Virus record (IMG/VR): IMGVR_UViG_3300025383_000009
Length of the DNA stretch: 64,000 bases
Strand: one strand, 5' to 3'
Source of the DNA: a virus
Taxonomy: Duplodnaviria; Caudoviricetes
The notes below the pieces were generated by a model. It had not been told where the DNA came from. It made no database searches and saw nothing but the letters and a program-made list of their open reading frames with translations. A program made the translations under genes and the position numbers. Every line of letters begins with the position of its first letter. Position 1 is the stretch's first letter. This document shows positions 47,571-56,902 of this stretch, piece after piece.

Positions 47571-48728
47571 ATGAACAAAAACGCAAAACAATTTATTATG
47601 GCAGCAGAAAGTTTATTTGGTACAAATGCCGTTTTAGACCGTGATATGATTTCTAAAGTGGTAGATGAAGCAGATGTGCCATATCCTTACTGGTTGGTAA
47701 CTAAATCAGAATATCGAACTGGTCGTGGTGAGTATAAGTTACCATCATCAGGCGAAAAAGTGGTTAAGAAACAAGTTGCCGAACCACAACCAAACTTTCA
47801 AGAACCTGCTACAGTTGATATGGCTGTGGTAGCTTTCAGACAACCTAAATTGATTGATGAATCTGAACCAGCTATTCCTGTGGTATATAAAGATTATGTA
47901 CCATTTGGTTTTTTCAAAGACTTAAAAGGTATTATCAATTCAAAATTATTCTATCCTGTATTTGTTACCGGTCTTTCAGGTAACGGTAAAACATTAATGG
48001 TTGAACAAGTATGTGCTGAATTGAACCGTGAATGTATCCGTGTTAATATCTCAATCGAAACAGATGAATCAGACTTACTTGGCGGTCCTACTTTAGTAAA
48101 CGGTAATGTGGTTAATCGTGACGGTCCAGTTTTGACTGCTATGAAACGTGGTGCTGTATTACTCATTGACGAAGTAGACCGTGGTTCAAATAAACTTATG
48201 TGTTTACAAGGCATTTTAGAAGGCAAACCATATTACAATAAAAAATCTGGTGAAGTAGTTTTACCTAAAGATGGCTTTACTATCATCGCTACTGCTAATA
48301 CAAAAGGTCGTGGTTCAGATGAAGGTAAGTATCTATCACAAATTCTTGATGACGCTTTCTTGGAAAGATTCCCAATTACAGTTGAACAAGAATATCCTGA
48401 TGTTAAAACAGAAAAGAAAATCTTAACACCTTTAATCAAAGATTCAGAATTTGTGGACAATCTATGCCAATGGGCAGATGTGGTTCGCCAATCATTTGAC
48501 CAAGGTGCTACAGACGAAATCATTTCAACCCGTAGATTGGTTCATATCGCTAAGGCTTATGAAATCTTTAACGATAGAATGAAAGCAATAACATTATGTG
48601 TGAACCGCTTTGATGAGGAAACTAAAAATGCTTTCCTTGACTTGTATGCTAAAGTTGATGCTAAAGTAGAATCACCATTGAATGCTGAAGCACCAAAATC
48701 TGATGTAATCGGTGAGGAAACTCTATAA
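47571..48728 (+). CDS. cobS: MoxR/CobS-like AAA+ ATPase
   Basis: GLSGNGKT, LLIDEVD, TANTKGRG, AFLERF and STRRL. Confidence 0.85.
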   Translation: MNKNAKQFIMAAESLFGTNAVLDRDMISKVVDEADVPYPYWLVTKSEYRTGRGEYKLPSSGEKVVKKQVAEPQPNFQEPATVDMAVVAFRQPKLIDESEPAIPVVYKDYVPFGFFKDLKGIINSKLFYPVFVTGLSGNGKTLMVEQVCAELNRECIRVNISIETDESDLLGGPTLVNGNVVNRDGPVLTAMKRGAVLLIDEVDRGSNKLMCLQGILEGKPYYNKKSGEVVLPKDGFTIIATANTKGRGSDEGKYLSQILDDAFLERFPITVEQEYPDVKTEKKILTPLIKDSEFVDNLCQWADVVRQSFDQGATDEIISTRRLVHIAKAYEIFNDRMKAITLCVNRFDEETKNAFLDLYAKVDAKVESPLNAEAPKSDVIGEETL

Positions 48729-48794
48729 TGTTTTTCCTTATCGGTTTTATCGTATTGCTATTGATTGCAGCTTATATTGATTGTGATTATTTCA

Positions 48795-49094
48795 ATGACA
48801 AGCGATAGCATTAAAGAGTTAATTAGACGCAGGAGAGGACAGATGTTGCTTCACTCCTGCCTTTATTATGAATTGGATTCTCCTGTAATATCAGACCATC
48901 AATGGCAAGATTGGGCTAATGAGTTAGAGAAATTACAGAATGATAATCCAGATTGCAAGAAGATAGGTTACTTTGATTGGGAGTTTAGAGATTGGTCTGG
49001 TACAACAGGCGCACACCTTAATCACCGACACCCTGTCATCTATGCAAAAGCAAAAAGATTAATTGAATTGGAGAAAATGTATGGCAAAAAGTAA
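48795..49094 (+). CDS. Stand-alone NAD-dependent DNA ligase domain-Ia-like protein
   Basis: LYYELDSPVISDHQW...EL.KL resembles LigA YY..D.P.ISD..YD. Confidence 0.65.
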   Translation: MTSDSIKELIRRRRGQMLLHSCLYYELDSPVISDHQWQDWANELEKLQNDNPDCKKIGYFDWEFRDWSGTTGAHLNHRHPVIYAKAKRLIELEKMYGKK

Positions 49095-49458
49095 AGAACC
49101 GTTTGATATGTATGATTTAGAACAAAACATTTTAAAATGTTGGAATCTGGTCGATGAAGTTGAAGAGCTTGCCAATAATTTACATGATGGTGAAATCAAT
49201 GAAGACCAAGCAATAACAACATTGTATGCTTTGAGCACATCATATCGAATAAGATTTGAAAAGTTGTTCAGTAAGTATGAACAAGGTTGTAAAGAATGGT
49301 TAGCATCTGATTGGAAACCATTTGAAGGTATGAAACCAACTGATTTTGTAAAAAAAGGTGATGTAAACAATTATGATTCTCCTTATGTCCCAACAGGATT
49401 AGAATCACCTAAAGAACTTAAAGAAATTCTTAAACAACAAAAGAAAGATAAAAAATGA
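49081..49458 (+). CDS. Hypothetical protein
   Basis: FD..DLEQ.I..CW motif; GGAG RBS. Confidence 0.55.
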   Translation: MAKSKEPFDMYDLEQNILKCWNLVDEVEELANNLHDGEINEDQAITTLYALSTSYRIRFEKLFSKYEQGCKEWLASDWKPFEGMKPTDFVKKGDVNNYDSPYVPTGLESPKELKEILKQQKKDKK

Positions 49459-49679
49459 TTATTAAATTAACCAATGCAGCACCAGAACACAAAGGCAAAA
49501 TTCTTTTGGTCAATGTGAATCACATTCTAACCGTGTTTGAAACTGATGTTGTGGTTGGCACAAAGAAAGTTGAAACCGTAACCAACATCTATTCAACAAC
49601 ACAACAAGGTTGGATGGTTAAAGAACCAATTGCAACCGTTCATAAACTAATTGCAGCAGCATATAAGAAAGCACAATAA
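49455..49679 (+). CDS. Small beta-rich protein
   Basis: 74 aa; ILLVNVNHI..V.E. Confidence 0.5.
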   Translation: MIIKLTNAAPEHKGKILLVNVNHILTVFETDVVVGTKKVETVTNIYSTTQQGWMVKEPIATVHKLIAAAYKKAQ

Positions 49680-49909
49680 TGAAATATATCGCTAAACCGA
49701 ACCTGAATAATAATAATGGTAGAAAAGAATTTGATGATGCTTACCAAGCGGTAAAGTATCTCAATGAAACACTAACGGACAAGGGTGTGGACGCAAAATT
49801 TGAGTATACATTTGTTCTTCCAAGCACTTCCAAGACACAATTAAAGCATGCCGTAGATGAATATGTCGGTATTGGTAAATTAATCGTCCTAGACGATTCC
49901 ACGAGCTAA
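49679..49909 (+). CDS. Small hypothetical protein
   Basis: Coupled start (TAATG). Confidence 0.5.
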   Translation: MKYIAKPNLNNNNGRKEFDDAYQAVKYLNETLTDKGVDAKFEYTFVLPSTSKTQLKHAVDEYVGIGKLIVLDDSTS

Positions 49910-49917
49910 AATAGTGC

Positions 49918-49945
49918 TTGACTTTTGGTCCAGATGTGTTATAAT
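49918..49945 (+). promoter_or_regulatory. Outlying copy of the array promoter, TTGACT-16-TATAAT
   Basis: AAATAGTGCTTGACTTTT...TATAATGG. Confidence 0.75.
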
Positions 49946-50540
49946 GGTATGTTAAAGTGAGGAAATTATGGAAAATATTGATATAGAAAGTTTAATTTAT
50001 TATGATGATGTGGTAAAATGTTTTATGTTACCACTTCAAAATAAAATAATCCCATTGTGTGCTGATGGTATTTACGAAGCAGTTATTGAAGCAAAAATGA
50101 TAACCAATAATGGTTACTCAAGAAATTATTAGGAGAATATTATGGAAGTAATCAAAATTAAATTTTTACCGTTATTAGCAGCATTGATTGGATTTATTTT
50201 AATCTTTTTAGCTGATTGGCGTATAGGCTTAGGTGCTTTATTATTAGCAGTATCGGTTTTTGTATCAGCAATGGAAGATGAAGATGCTGAATAATTTAAC
50301 AGATGAACAATTGAATACTATTTCAATTGATATCGATACCTTTATAGCTGATATGATTGATAAACATGAGATTGATAATGCTTTAAATGTTATTGCTATC
50401 ATTACAGCAAGAATAGTTATGTTTGCTGAAGCTGCAGGTTGTGAAAAAGAAGCATCAATGCTTTTATCTAAAGCAATTGAAACTATTCAATCATTACCTG
50501 ATATCAGAAAACAAAAACCTCATCTTCATGTGGTGCACTA

Positions 50541-50810
50541 ATGAATAATGCCTTTATGCGCAAGATAGTATCAGACGAGTTAAGGGAAACTTTAATCTTT
50601 GGTGGTATTGTAGATAATTATCATTGTAAAACTAAAGAAGTTGATAGCAAAGGTAAAACTAGATATCGATTTGAAACAATGATTGGTGATATTTTGGTCT
50701 ATGGCCCAAAATCGATATATATTATGGGTAATAAGTTTGATTCTTTGGCAAAAGCAAAACAAGAAGTTTGCCGTCATGTAAGTTGGAAAAGGTTATTCTA
50801 TGAAAGTTAA
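50541..50810 (+). CDS. Conserved phage hypothetical protein
   Basis: 89-aa ORF. Confidence 0.5.
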   Translation: MNNAFMRKIVSDELRETLIFGGIVDNYHCKTKEVDSKGKTRYRFETMIGDILVYGPKSIYIMGNKFDSLAKAKQEVCRHVSWKRLFYES

Positions 50811-50930
50811 AAAATTAATTAGAAAAATGTATCGTGCTTGTGTTAGACACAATACCAAAAAAGAAAAAAAACTTTGGTTCAAAATCTTGCGTAAAAGTTT
50901 ACAGCATAAACATACAGAATTGGTTAAATA

Positions 50931-51176
50931 ATGCTTTCTTTTTATCGTTATCTACAGGCGAAAAAACATCTTGCGCTTCAAAATGAAACCATTAGAATGT
51001 ATGCTGATGATTATACAAGAGGCACAATGAATGATATGCTTCAAGCACAAAAAGAAATGATTGAATTTGAAGTTGAATATTATCGTATGAAGTCGGTAAG
51101 ATTGGGTTATATTGTATTGACATTATCTATTATTGGTGTTATACTGTATGGTTCATATAAGTATGGAGTATTATAA
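50931..51176 (+). CDS. Small protein with C-terminal TM
   Basis: Hydrophobic C-terminus. Confidence 0.5.
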   Translation: MLSFYRYLQAKKHLALQNETIRMYADDYTRGTMNDMLQAQKEMIEFEVEYYRMKSVRLGYIVLTLSIIGVILYGSYKYGVL

Positions 51177-51439
51177 TGGTAACAACAGTTAAAAATGTAT
51201 CAAGATGGATTGCATCGAACTTGTTAATTATTGGAATATTTCTTGCAATTATTCTTTTAAATATAGCTTATTATTTAATACCTAAAGGTGGTTTCAATGG
51301 CACCTTTGAAAAAGGTATTCAAAATCATTTAGTATGGTCGGTCAATAATGAATGTTATTTTGTCAAGCCACTAAATACAACAGATGTTTTATTGGTCAGG
51401 TTATCTGATTGTGATAAAACAGAAACAAGAGGAAGATAA
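51176..51439 (+). CDS. Small membrane-anchored protein
   Basis: N-terminal TM; two Cys. Confidence 0.5.
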   Translation: MVTTVKNVSRWIASNLLIIGIFLAIILLNIAYYLIPKGGFNGTFEKGIQNHLVWSVNNECYFVKPLNTTDVLLVRLSDCDKTETRGR

Positions 51440-51604
51440 TGGGTTCAAATTATAATATGTCAAAATCTACCAAAAGGTTACTATCAAGTCTTAAAGGTGA
51501 GAAAAGAGCAATTTGGAAAAAGATGATGATGTCAGCTGAGATGTCAGCAGCAAAAATGAAATTCGTTAAACTTAAAGATATTATTAAACCTGAAGGAGAG
51601 TAAA

Positions 51605-51868
51605 ATGGCGTTATTTATTGAAGTAGAATCAGTTGAGAAAAATTGTAAAGTAATTTTAAATTTAGATGAAGTGATTGAGATTGCTCCACTCCGTGATGGT
51701 GGTTGTGCATTATTCATTTCTGATTCAGCTGCTGTAGGCGGCAAAACATCAATCAAGGTCAGAGATTCTTACGACCAATTCAAACAATTCGCAATGCAAA
51801 CTGTATCATCAGAAGATATTGCAAAGAGAATTAAGAGTTTAAAAGCACAAGCAGGCACATTGGAATAA
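51605..51868 (+). CDS. Small hypothetical protein
   Basis: AGGAG RBS; 87 aa. Confidence 0.55.
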   Translation: MALFIEVESVEKNCKVILNLDEVIEIAPLRDGGCALFISDSAAVGGKTSIKVRDSYDQFKQFAMQTVSSEDIAKRIKSLKAQAGTLE

Positions 51869-51904
51869 ACTAAATAATAAGGTAAATTAACTCATACCTT
51901 AGGA
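51869..51904 (+). promoter_or_regulatory. Late-like box ACTAAATA plus hairpin abutting the RBS
   Basis: TAAGGTA (51878-84) pairs with TACCTTA (51895-901); AGGA at 51901. Confidence 0.4.
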
Positions 51905-51910
51905 ATTTAA

Positions 51911-53230
51911 ATGCTTATTCTCGTTCTTGATCCACCAGCATTAACTTTAGACTGGTGCTTACGCTGTGTTGCTGCCGGACACACAGTCAAATTGTATACC
52001 AAAGGCTCAAGGTCTTCCCATATAGGTGAAGGCCTTGTAGACAAGATTACCAATTGGCGCAAGTATATGGATGTTGCCGATTTGATATTCTCATCAGATA
52101 ACCTCGAAATGATGGATGAAATTGATGAGTATATTAAGAAAGGTTATCCTATATTTGGACCAGGTAAACGAGCAGCTAAACTAGAATTAGACCGTATGTA
52201 TGGTCAAAAAGTAATTGAAGACTTTGGTGGTAAAGTTATACCATCACACCCATTCAGTAATTATGATGCAGCCATTCAATTCGTAAAAGAACATGGTGGT
52301 CGTTGGGTTTCTAAACCAATAGGTGAAGAAGAAGACAAGACATTATCATATGTTGCCAAAGATGAGGCAGATATGATTGGTTTCTTAATGAAACATAAAG
52401 AAAAAGGTGGCGGTACCGGTAAGTTTATTCTACAAGAATTTAGACCTGGTATTGAACTATGTGTGACTGGTATATTTGGCCCAGCAGGTTGGATGCCATT
52501 CTTTGCAGAAGGTTTTGAACATAAGAAACATATGAACAAAGACCTTGGTGTAAACACAGGAGAGATGGGAACAGTTATCCGTTACACCAAACAATCTAAA
52601 CTAGCAGATATGCTACTCAAACCAATGGCAGACACCTTACACAAGATTGGTTATGTTGGTATGCTAGATATGAATTGTATCATTGATGAGAAAGATGGTA
52701 CACCATGGCCAATGGAATGGACAGCAAGACCTGGATATCCTATGTGGAATATTCAACAACCTTTACATAAAGGTGACCCAGCAGAATGGATTTTAGATTG
52801 TGTTAAAGGTAAAAACACATTAGAAGTGGATTTTAAAACTTGTGTTGGTGTTGTAATGGCAAATTCAGATTTCCCACACAACAAAAACGAAGAAGAATCA
52901 TACCTAGACTTCCCTGTTTTAACAGAGAAAGCAGAAGGTGATGATTATAAATTTATTCATCCTTGTGAAGTGAAACTATCAAAGACAGTTAAAATGGTCG
53001 ATGGTGTGTTAGATGAAGAAGCCTATGAATGGGGAACAGCAGGTAGTTATATTGTTGTTTGCACAGGAGTAGGTGATACAGTATCAGAGGCAAAAGATAA
53101 AGCTTATGATATTGTCGATAAAGTTAAGTTTGGTAACGATGAACATCATAGAACCGATATCGGTGATAAATGTGATGATGCATTGAAAAAATTACACAAA
53201 CTTGGTTATTGTAAAGATTGGAAATATTAA
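51911..53230 (+). CDS. PurD (GAR synthetase)-like ATP-grasp ligase
   Basis: LELDR..G, LQEF..G.E, EHK...DLG.NTGEMG, EWTARPG.P and RTDIG. Confidence 0.8.
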   Translation: MLILVLDPPALTLDWCLRCVAAGHTVKLYTKGSRSSHIGEGLVDKITNWRKYMDVADLIFSSDNLEMMDEIDEYIKKGYPIFGPGKRAAKLELDRMYGQKVIEDFGGKVIPSHPFSNYDAAIQFVKEHGGRWVSKPIGEEEDKTLSYVAKDEADMIGFLMKHKEKGGGTGKFILQEFRPGIELCVTGIFGPAGWMPFFAEGFEHKKHMNKDLGVNTGEMGTVIRYTKQSKLADMLLKPMADTLHKIGYVGMLDMNCIIDEKDGTPWPMEWTARPGYPMWNIQQPLHKGDPAEWILDCVKGKNTLEVDFKTCVGVVMANSDFPHNKNEEESYLDFPVLTEKAEGDDYKFIHPCEVKLSKTVKMVDGVLDEEAYEWGTAGSYIVVCTGVGDTVSEAKDKAYDIVDKVKFGNDEHHRTDIGDKCDDALKKLHKLGYCKDWKY

Positions 53231-53248
53231 TTAATTAAGGAGAAAATT

Positions 53249-53551
53249 ATGGCAGATGATATTCAACAAGCAACACCTGAAGTGACAGCAACACCAGCAC
53301 CTGAAGCTACACCAGCACCAGCTGCACCAGAAGCACCAGCATTTCATGCAGGACTATCTAATGTTTCTAATGATATTGTTGGTTATATTAATAATGAATT
53401 AGTAAAACATAAAGAATTGCTTACCATCGTTAATGCTCTCAAAAAGAATGTTAATACATTACAAGGTGAATTAAACACAGCAGGAGATAAATTACTTGCT
53501 GAAGAAAGAACACTTTGGGAAAAGATTAAACATATTTTTGCTAGAAAATAA
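53249..53551 (+). CDS. Pro/Ala-rich N-terminus plus coiled-coil protein
   Basis: AAGGAG RBS. Confidence 0.6.
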   Translation: MADDIQQATPEVTATPAPEATPAPAAPEAPAFHAGLSNVSNDIVGYINNELVKHKELLTIVNALKKNVNTLQGELNTAGDKLLAEERTLWEKIKHIFARK

Positions 53552-53553
53552 AC

Positions 53554-53582
53554 TTGACATAACAGCAGTATTGTGTTATCCT
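53554..53582 (+). promoter_or_regulatory. Promoter TTGACA-17-TATCCT
   Basis: Upstream of glycosylase gene. Confidence 0.55.
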
Positions 53583-53589
53583 TTACATT

Positions 53590-54153
53590 ATGAATATATT
53601 TTACCTAGATAAAGACGAAACCGTTTGTGCGCAAATGCACAACGATAAACATTGTATAAAAATGATTTTAGAATATTCCCAGCTTTTATCCACGGCCCAC
53701 CGTGTATTAGATGGCCAAGAAGTAACTGTAAAATCAAAAACTAATCGTAATGTTAAGCGTTGGATTCTATCTGATGACCGTGAAACTATTTTGTATTCAG
53801 CAACACACATCAACCATCCATCCGCTATCTGGTGTCGCCATAGTAATTCAAACTATATCTGGTTAAGTAAACTACTCAAAGAACTATGTAAAGAATATAC
53901 CTATCGTTATGGTAAAGTCCATAAGTGTGAACAGATAGGACTAGTTGATAAGTTATTTTGGAACACACCAAAGAATATACCTAATGCTAACTTTACCGAA
54001 CCAACACCAGCTATGCCTGATGCGGTGAAGATAGCAGGAAATTCTTTGGCGTCCTACAGAAATTACTATATAAACAATAAAACACATCTTGCTTCATGGC
54101 AAGGAAAAATTAATTCTAGACCAATTCCGGAGTGGTATAATGCCCAACTATGA
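53590..54153 (+). CDS. Pyrimidine-dimer DNA glycosylase family (DenV-like)
   Basis: MNIFYLD...A..H.DKH..KMILE.SQLLSTAH; HINHP..IW; YRNYY. Confidence 0.8.
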   Translation: MNIFYLDKDETVCAQMHNDKHCIKMILEYSQLLSTAHRVLDGQEVTVKSKTNRNVKRWILSDDRETILYSATHINHPSAIWCRHSNSNYIWLSKLLKELCKEYTYRYGKVHKCEQIGLVDKLFWNTPKNIPNANFTEPTPAMPDAVKIAGNSLASYRNYYINNKTHLASWQGKINSRPIPEWYNAQL

Positions 54154-54415
54154 GTTTAAGAATACAGAAACAGATGAGATATTTGAAAAGAAAATGTCTT
54201 ATACAGAATTAGACCAATACTTAATTGATAATCCTACACACATTAGGCATCATTCAGGCACACCTATTCTATCTGACGGTATGAGATTAAATACACCTGG
54301 CACAGGTAAGGCTGATTCTACATTTGAGAAGTATGTTATTGGTAGAATGAAAGAACAAGTTGGTCAAAACACAATCAAAGATGGTCACAAAACAAAAGCA
54401 CCTAGAGAATGGTAA
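54140..54415 (+). CDS. FmdB-like small protein (Cys-less ribbon)
   Basis: MPNYEFKNTET.EIFE..MS. Confidence 0.6.
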   Translation: MPNYEFKNTETDEIFEKKMSYTELDQYLIDNPTHIRHHSGTPILSDGMRLNTPGTGKADSTFEKYVIGRMKEQVGQNTIKDGHKTKAPREW

Positions 54416-55065
54416 CATTTAATTATTGTCCGCCAAAAGTATTACCCAATTTAGAATCTGAAACCACATCTAAAGGTAGATTTTATATCTCACCTAATGG
54501 TCAGAAGTTACCATCAATCACAACTGTATTAGGTGCTTTAAAGAAAGAATCTATACAGAGATGGCGTGATAGGGTTGGTCATGATGTTGCTAATGCTATA
54601 TCAAAGAAAGCATCTAATCGTGGTACCAATGTTCATACACTATGCGAGAGATATCTTAATAATGAACCATTAGGTGAAATTATGCCTGATGCTCAAGAAA
54701 TGTTTTTATCTATTAAGCCATATCTCAATCGTATAGATAACATTAGATATCAAGAACAGGCATTATGGTCAGAGAAGTTAGGTGTAGCAGGTCGTGTTGA
54801 TTGTATTGCTGACTTTGAATTAGATTTATCAGTCATTGACTTTAAAACATCTAAACGAGTTAAAGATTTAGAAGAAATTCAAGATTACTTTTGGCAAACA
54901 GCAGCATATGCCTTAATGTATGAAGAATTGATAGGTGAACCAATAAATAATTTGGTCATTATCATGGCAGTAGAAAATGGTGGACCTTTTATCTACAAGC
55001 AAAAAACGGAAGACTATATAGAAGGTCTTGTGAAGGCAATTAATTTTTATAAAGGAAAAATATGA
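54409..55065 (+). CDS. PD-(D/E)xK exonuclease
   Basis: LPSITTVL, RGT.VH, AGRVDCI, VIDFKTS and QTAAYA. Confidence 0.85.
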   Translation: MVTFNYCPPKVLPNLESETTSKGRFYISPNGQKLPSITTVLGALKKESIQRWRDRVGHDVANAISKKASNRGTNVHTLCERYLNNEPLGEIMPDAQEMFLSIKPYLNRIDNIRYQEQALWSEKLGVAGRVDCIADFELDLSVIDFKTSKRVKDLEEIQDYFWQTAAYALMYEELIGEPINNLVIIMAVENGGPFIYKQKTEDYIEGLVKAINFYKGKI

Positions 55066-55526
55066 AAAAGTTATTATTCGTAGCATTATTATCAGCAGGC
55101 ATTGCTCACGCTGATATTTTACCAAATGCAAAAGTAACACCAGGTAAACCTGATCCAAAATTAACAGCAGCAGTTATTTGTGCTAAAGGATTTACAACAA
55201 CTACAGTTAGAAATGTAACCGAAGCAACAAAGAAACAAGTATATGCTAATTATAATGTAAAAAATCATGAAGGCTATTGCTCAGGTAAAGAAGGTTGTGA
55301 AGTTGACCATCTTATCTCATTAGAACTTGGTGGTTCAAATGATGTTGCTAATTTATGGCCTCAACCATTTGATGGTGATAAAAATGCTCATCAAAAAGAT
55401 AAATTAGAAAATCAATTACACGCTTTAATGTGTGCTGGTAAAATATCACAAGCAGATGCACAAAAAGCAATTTCAACAAACTGGATTGATGCATATAAAA
55501 AATATGTAGATCCAAAGGCTAAGTAA
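55062..55526 (+). CDS. Secreted HNH-fold nuclease-like protein
   Basis: Signal peptide MKKLLFVALLSAGIAHA; EVDHLISLELGGSN...NLWPQ. Confidence 0.75.
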   Translation: MKKLLFVALLSAGIAHADILPNAKVTPGKPDPKLTAAVICAKGFTTTTVRNVTEATKKQVYANYNVKNHEGYCSGKEGCEVDHLISLELGGSNDVANLWPQPFDGDKNAHQKDKLENQLHALMCAGKISQADAQKAISTNWIDAYKKYVDPKAK

Positions 55527-55527
55527 T

Positions 55528-55602
55528 ATGGCAACACCAAATAAACCACAAAAACCTGCACCAACCATACCTTCTAAAACTGGTGTACCACCTAAAAATT
55601 AA
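55528..55602 (+). CDS. Pro/Lys-rich micropeptide (24 aa)
   Basis: MATPNKPQKPAPTIPSKTGVPPKN; fills the gap exactly. Confidence 0.35.
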   Translation: MATPNKPQKPAPTIPSKTGVPPKN

Positions 55603-55604
55603 GG

Positions 55605-55633
55605 TTGACAAACTTGAGAAAGTGTTATATAAT
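55605..55633 (+). promoter_or_regulatory. Consensus promoter TTGACA-17-TATAAT
   Basis: Perfect sigma70 boxes. Confidence 0.75.
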
Positions 55634-55660
55634 GGTTCATAATAAAAAAGGAGAAATGGT

Positions 55661-55804
55661 ATGAAAAAGTTAGCATTAGCATTAATGATTGCTTTCGGTT
55701 TCGCTACTTTCGCTTCTTTAGCAGCTGATAAAGCTCCTGCTAAACCTGCAAAAGCACCCGCGGTTAAATCTGCTGCAAAACCTGCACCAAAAGCTGCAAA
55801 GTAA
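55661..55804 (+). CDS. Secreted Pro-Ala-Lys-rich peptide (47 aa)
   Basis: MKKLALALMIAFGFATFASLA then ADKAPAKPAKAPAVKSAAKPAPKAAK; AAGGAG RBS. Confidence 0.7.
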   Translation: MKKLALALMIAFGFATFASLAADKAPAKPAKAPAVKSAAKPAPKAAK

Positions 55805-55856
55805 TATAAATAAAGATATAAGGTTTGGGAGAACCTATAAAATCTCCCATTTTTTT
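55805..55856 (+). promoter_or_regulatory. Late promoter TATAAATA followed by terminator-like hairpin
   Basis: TGGGAGA/TCTCCCA (55826-32/55843-49) plus T7 run. Confidence 0.55.
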
Positions 55857-55881
55857 ACACACACACAAAAGGAGAAATACT

Positions 55882-56145
55882 ATGAGCATGACCCCGTATG
55901 AAATTCGTCTTGAGCTATTAAAAATGGCAAAAGATATGTTGTTAGATGACTTTCACTCACAAAAGGATATCTTACAACAACAATGGCAAACTGAAGTTGC
56001 GGCGGCACAAATTGCCGGCACAACATCACCAAATCATCCAGATTTGCCTAATTTTCCAACCGAAGATGCAATTATTAAAAAAGCAGAAGTGCTTAATAAT
56101 TTCGTTTCACAAACTCCACAACCTGAAGTAAAAATCAAAAAGTAA
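55882..56145 (+). CDS. Conserved T4-like hypothetical protein
   Basis: PYEIRLELLKMAKDML...P.FPT...II.KA..L..FV. Confidence 0.75.
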   Translation: MSMTPYEIRLELLKMAKDMLLDDFHSQKDILQQQWQTEVAAAQIAGTTSPNHPDLPNFPTEDAIIKKAEVLNNFVSQTPQPEVKIKK

Positions 56146-56215
56146 AATCGTAATTGGAGATTATCTTGGCGCCTGTTTTAATGGGCGCCAACATTATTCA
56201 AAAAGGAGAAATATC

Positions 56216-56746
56216 TTGAGAAAGAATAATTCAGTAGTATCAGCAGTAGTAATAGTATTATGTTTATCAATATTCATGTATACTATGCCAAGTTTTAGTA
56301 AATCAGTAAGTAGAGAAATACAATCAATTCAAGTTGAAAGTGAATACACTAAAGAAATGGATTGCCTTGCTAAAAACATTTATTATGAGGCAGGCCATGA
56401 ATCGTTTGAAGGTAAGTTAGCAGTTGCTCAAGTGACGCTAAACCGAACCAAAGAACCTGAATTCCCTAGTAGCATCTGTGGTGTTGTTTATCAAAAGAAA
56501 ACAACCTATGGTGAAACTGTATGTCAATTTACATGGACATGCTTTAAAGTAAATACTAAATTAGATGAATATACATGGCAAGAAGCGAAGTATATTGCTC
56601 ATATAGCCTTGACAAAGCCAACATCACATGATATGATTAAAAAATCAAATGCTTTGTTTTATCATGCTGACTATGTTAATCCACATTGGAATAAACATGG
56701 CATTATTACAAAGATTGGCCATCACATATTTTATGCAAGTATATAA
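56216..56746 (+). CDS. SleB/CwlJ-like cell wall hydrolase (Hydrolase_2), membrane anchored
   Basis: CLAKNIYYEAGHES..G..AVAQV..NR, CQFTW, FYHADYV and IGHHIFY; TTG start after AAGGAG. Confidence 0.9.
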   Translation: MRKNNSVVSAVVIVLCLSIFMYTMPSFSKSVSREIQSIQVESEYTKEMDCLAKNIYYEAGHESFEGKLAVAQVTLNRTKEPEFPSSICGVVYQKKTTYGETVCQFTWTCFKVNTKLDEYTWQEAKYIAHIALTKPTSHDMIKKSNALFYHADYVNPHWNKHGIITKIGHHIFYASI

Positions 56747-56902
56747 TGATAGAATTTGAAATTAAACCATACGCAGGCGAATACCTAAAAGTTTTAAGAA
56801 CAGAGTTTAATTCGCCTGACTCTGGTTTACCACCAAGAAATACTAAAGGTTTTAGTATACATGAAAGTGAATTAGATACATTAATTATGAAGTTGAGAGA
56901 AT

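Noticed and set aside
51911-53230. Calling this gene purD
   Set aside because: N-terminal GAR-synthetase loop not recognisable and no purine pathway context; symbol left blank
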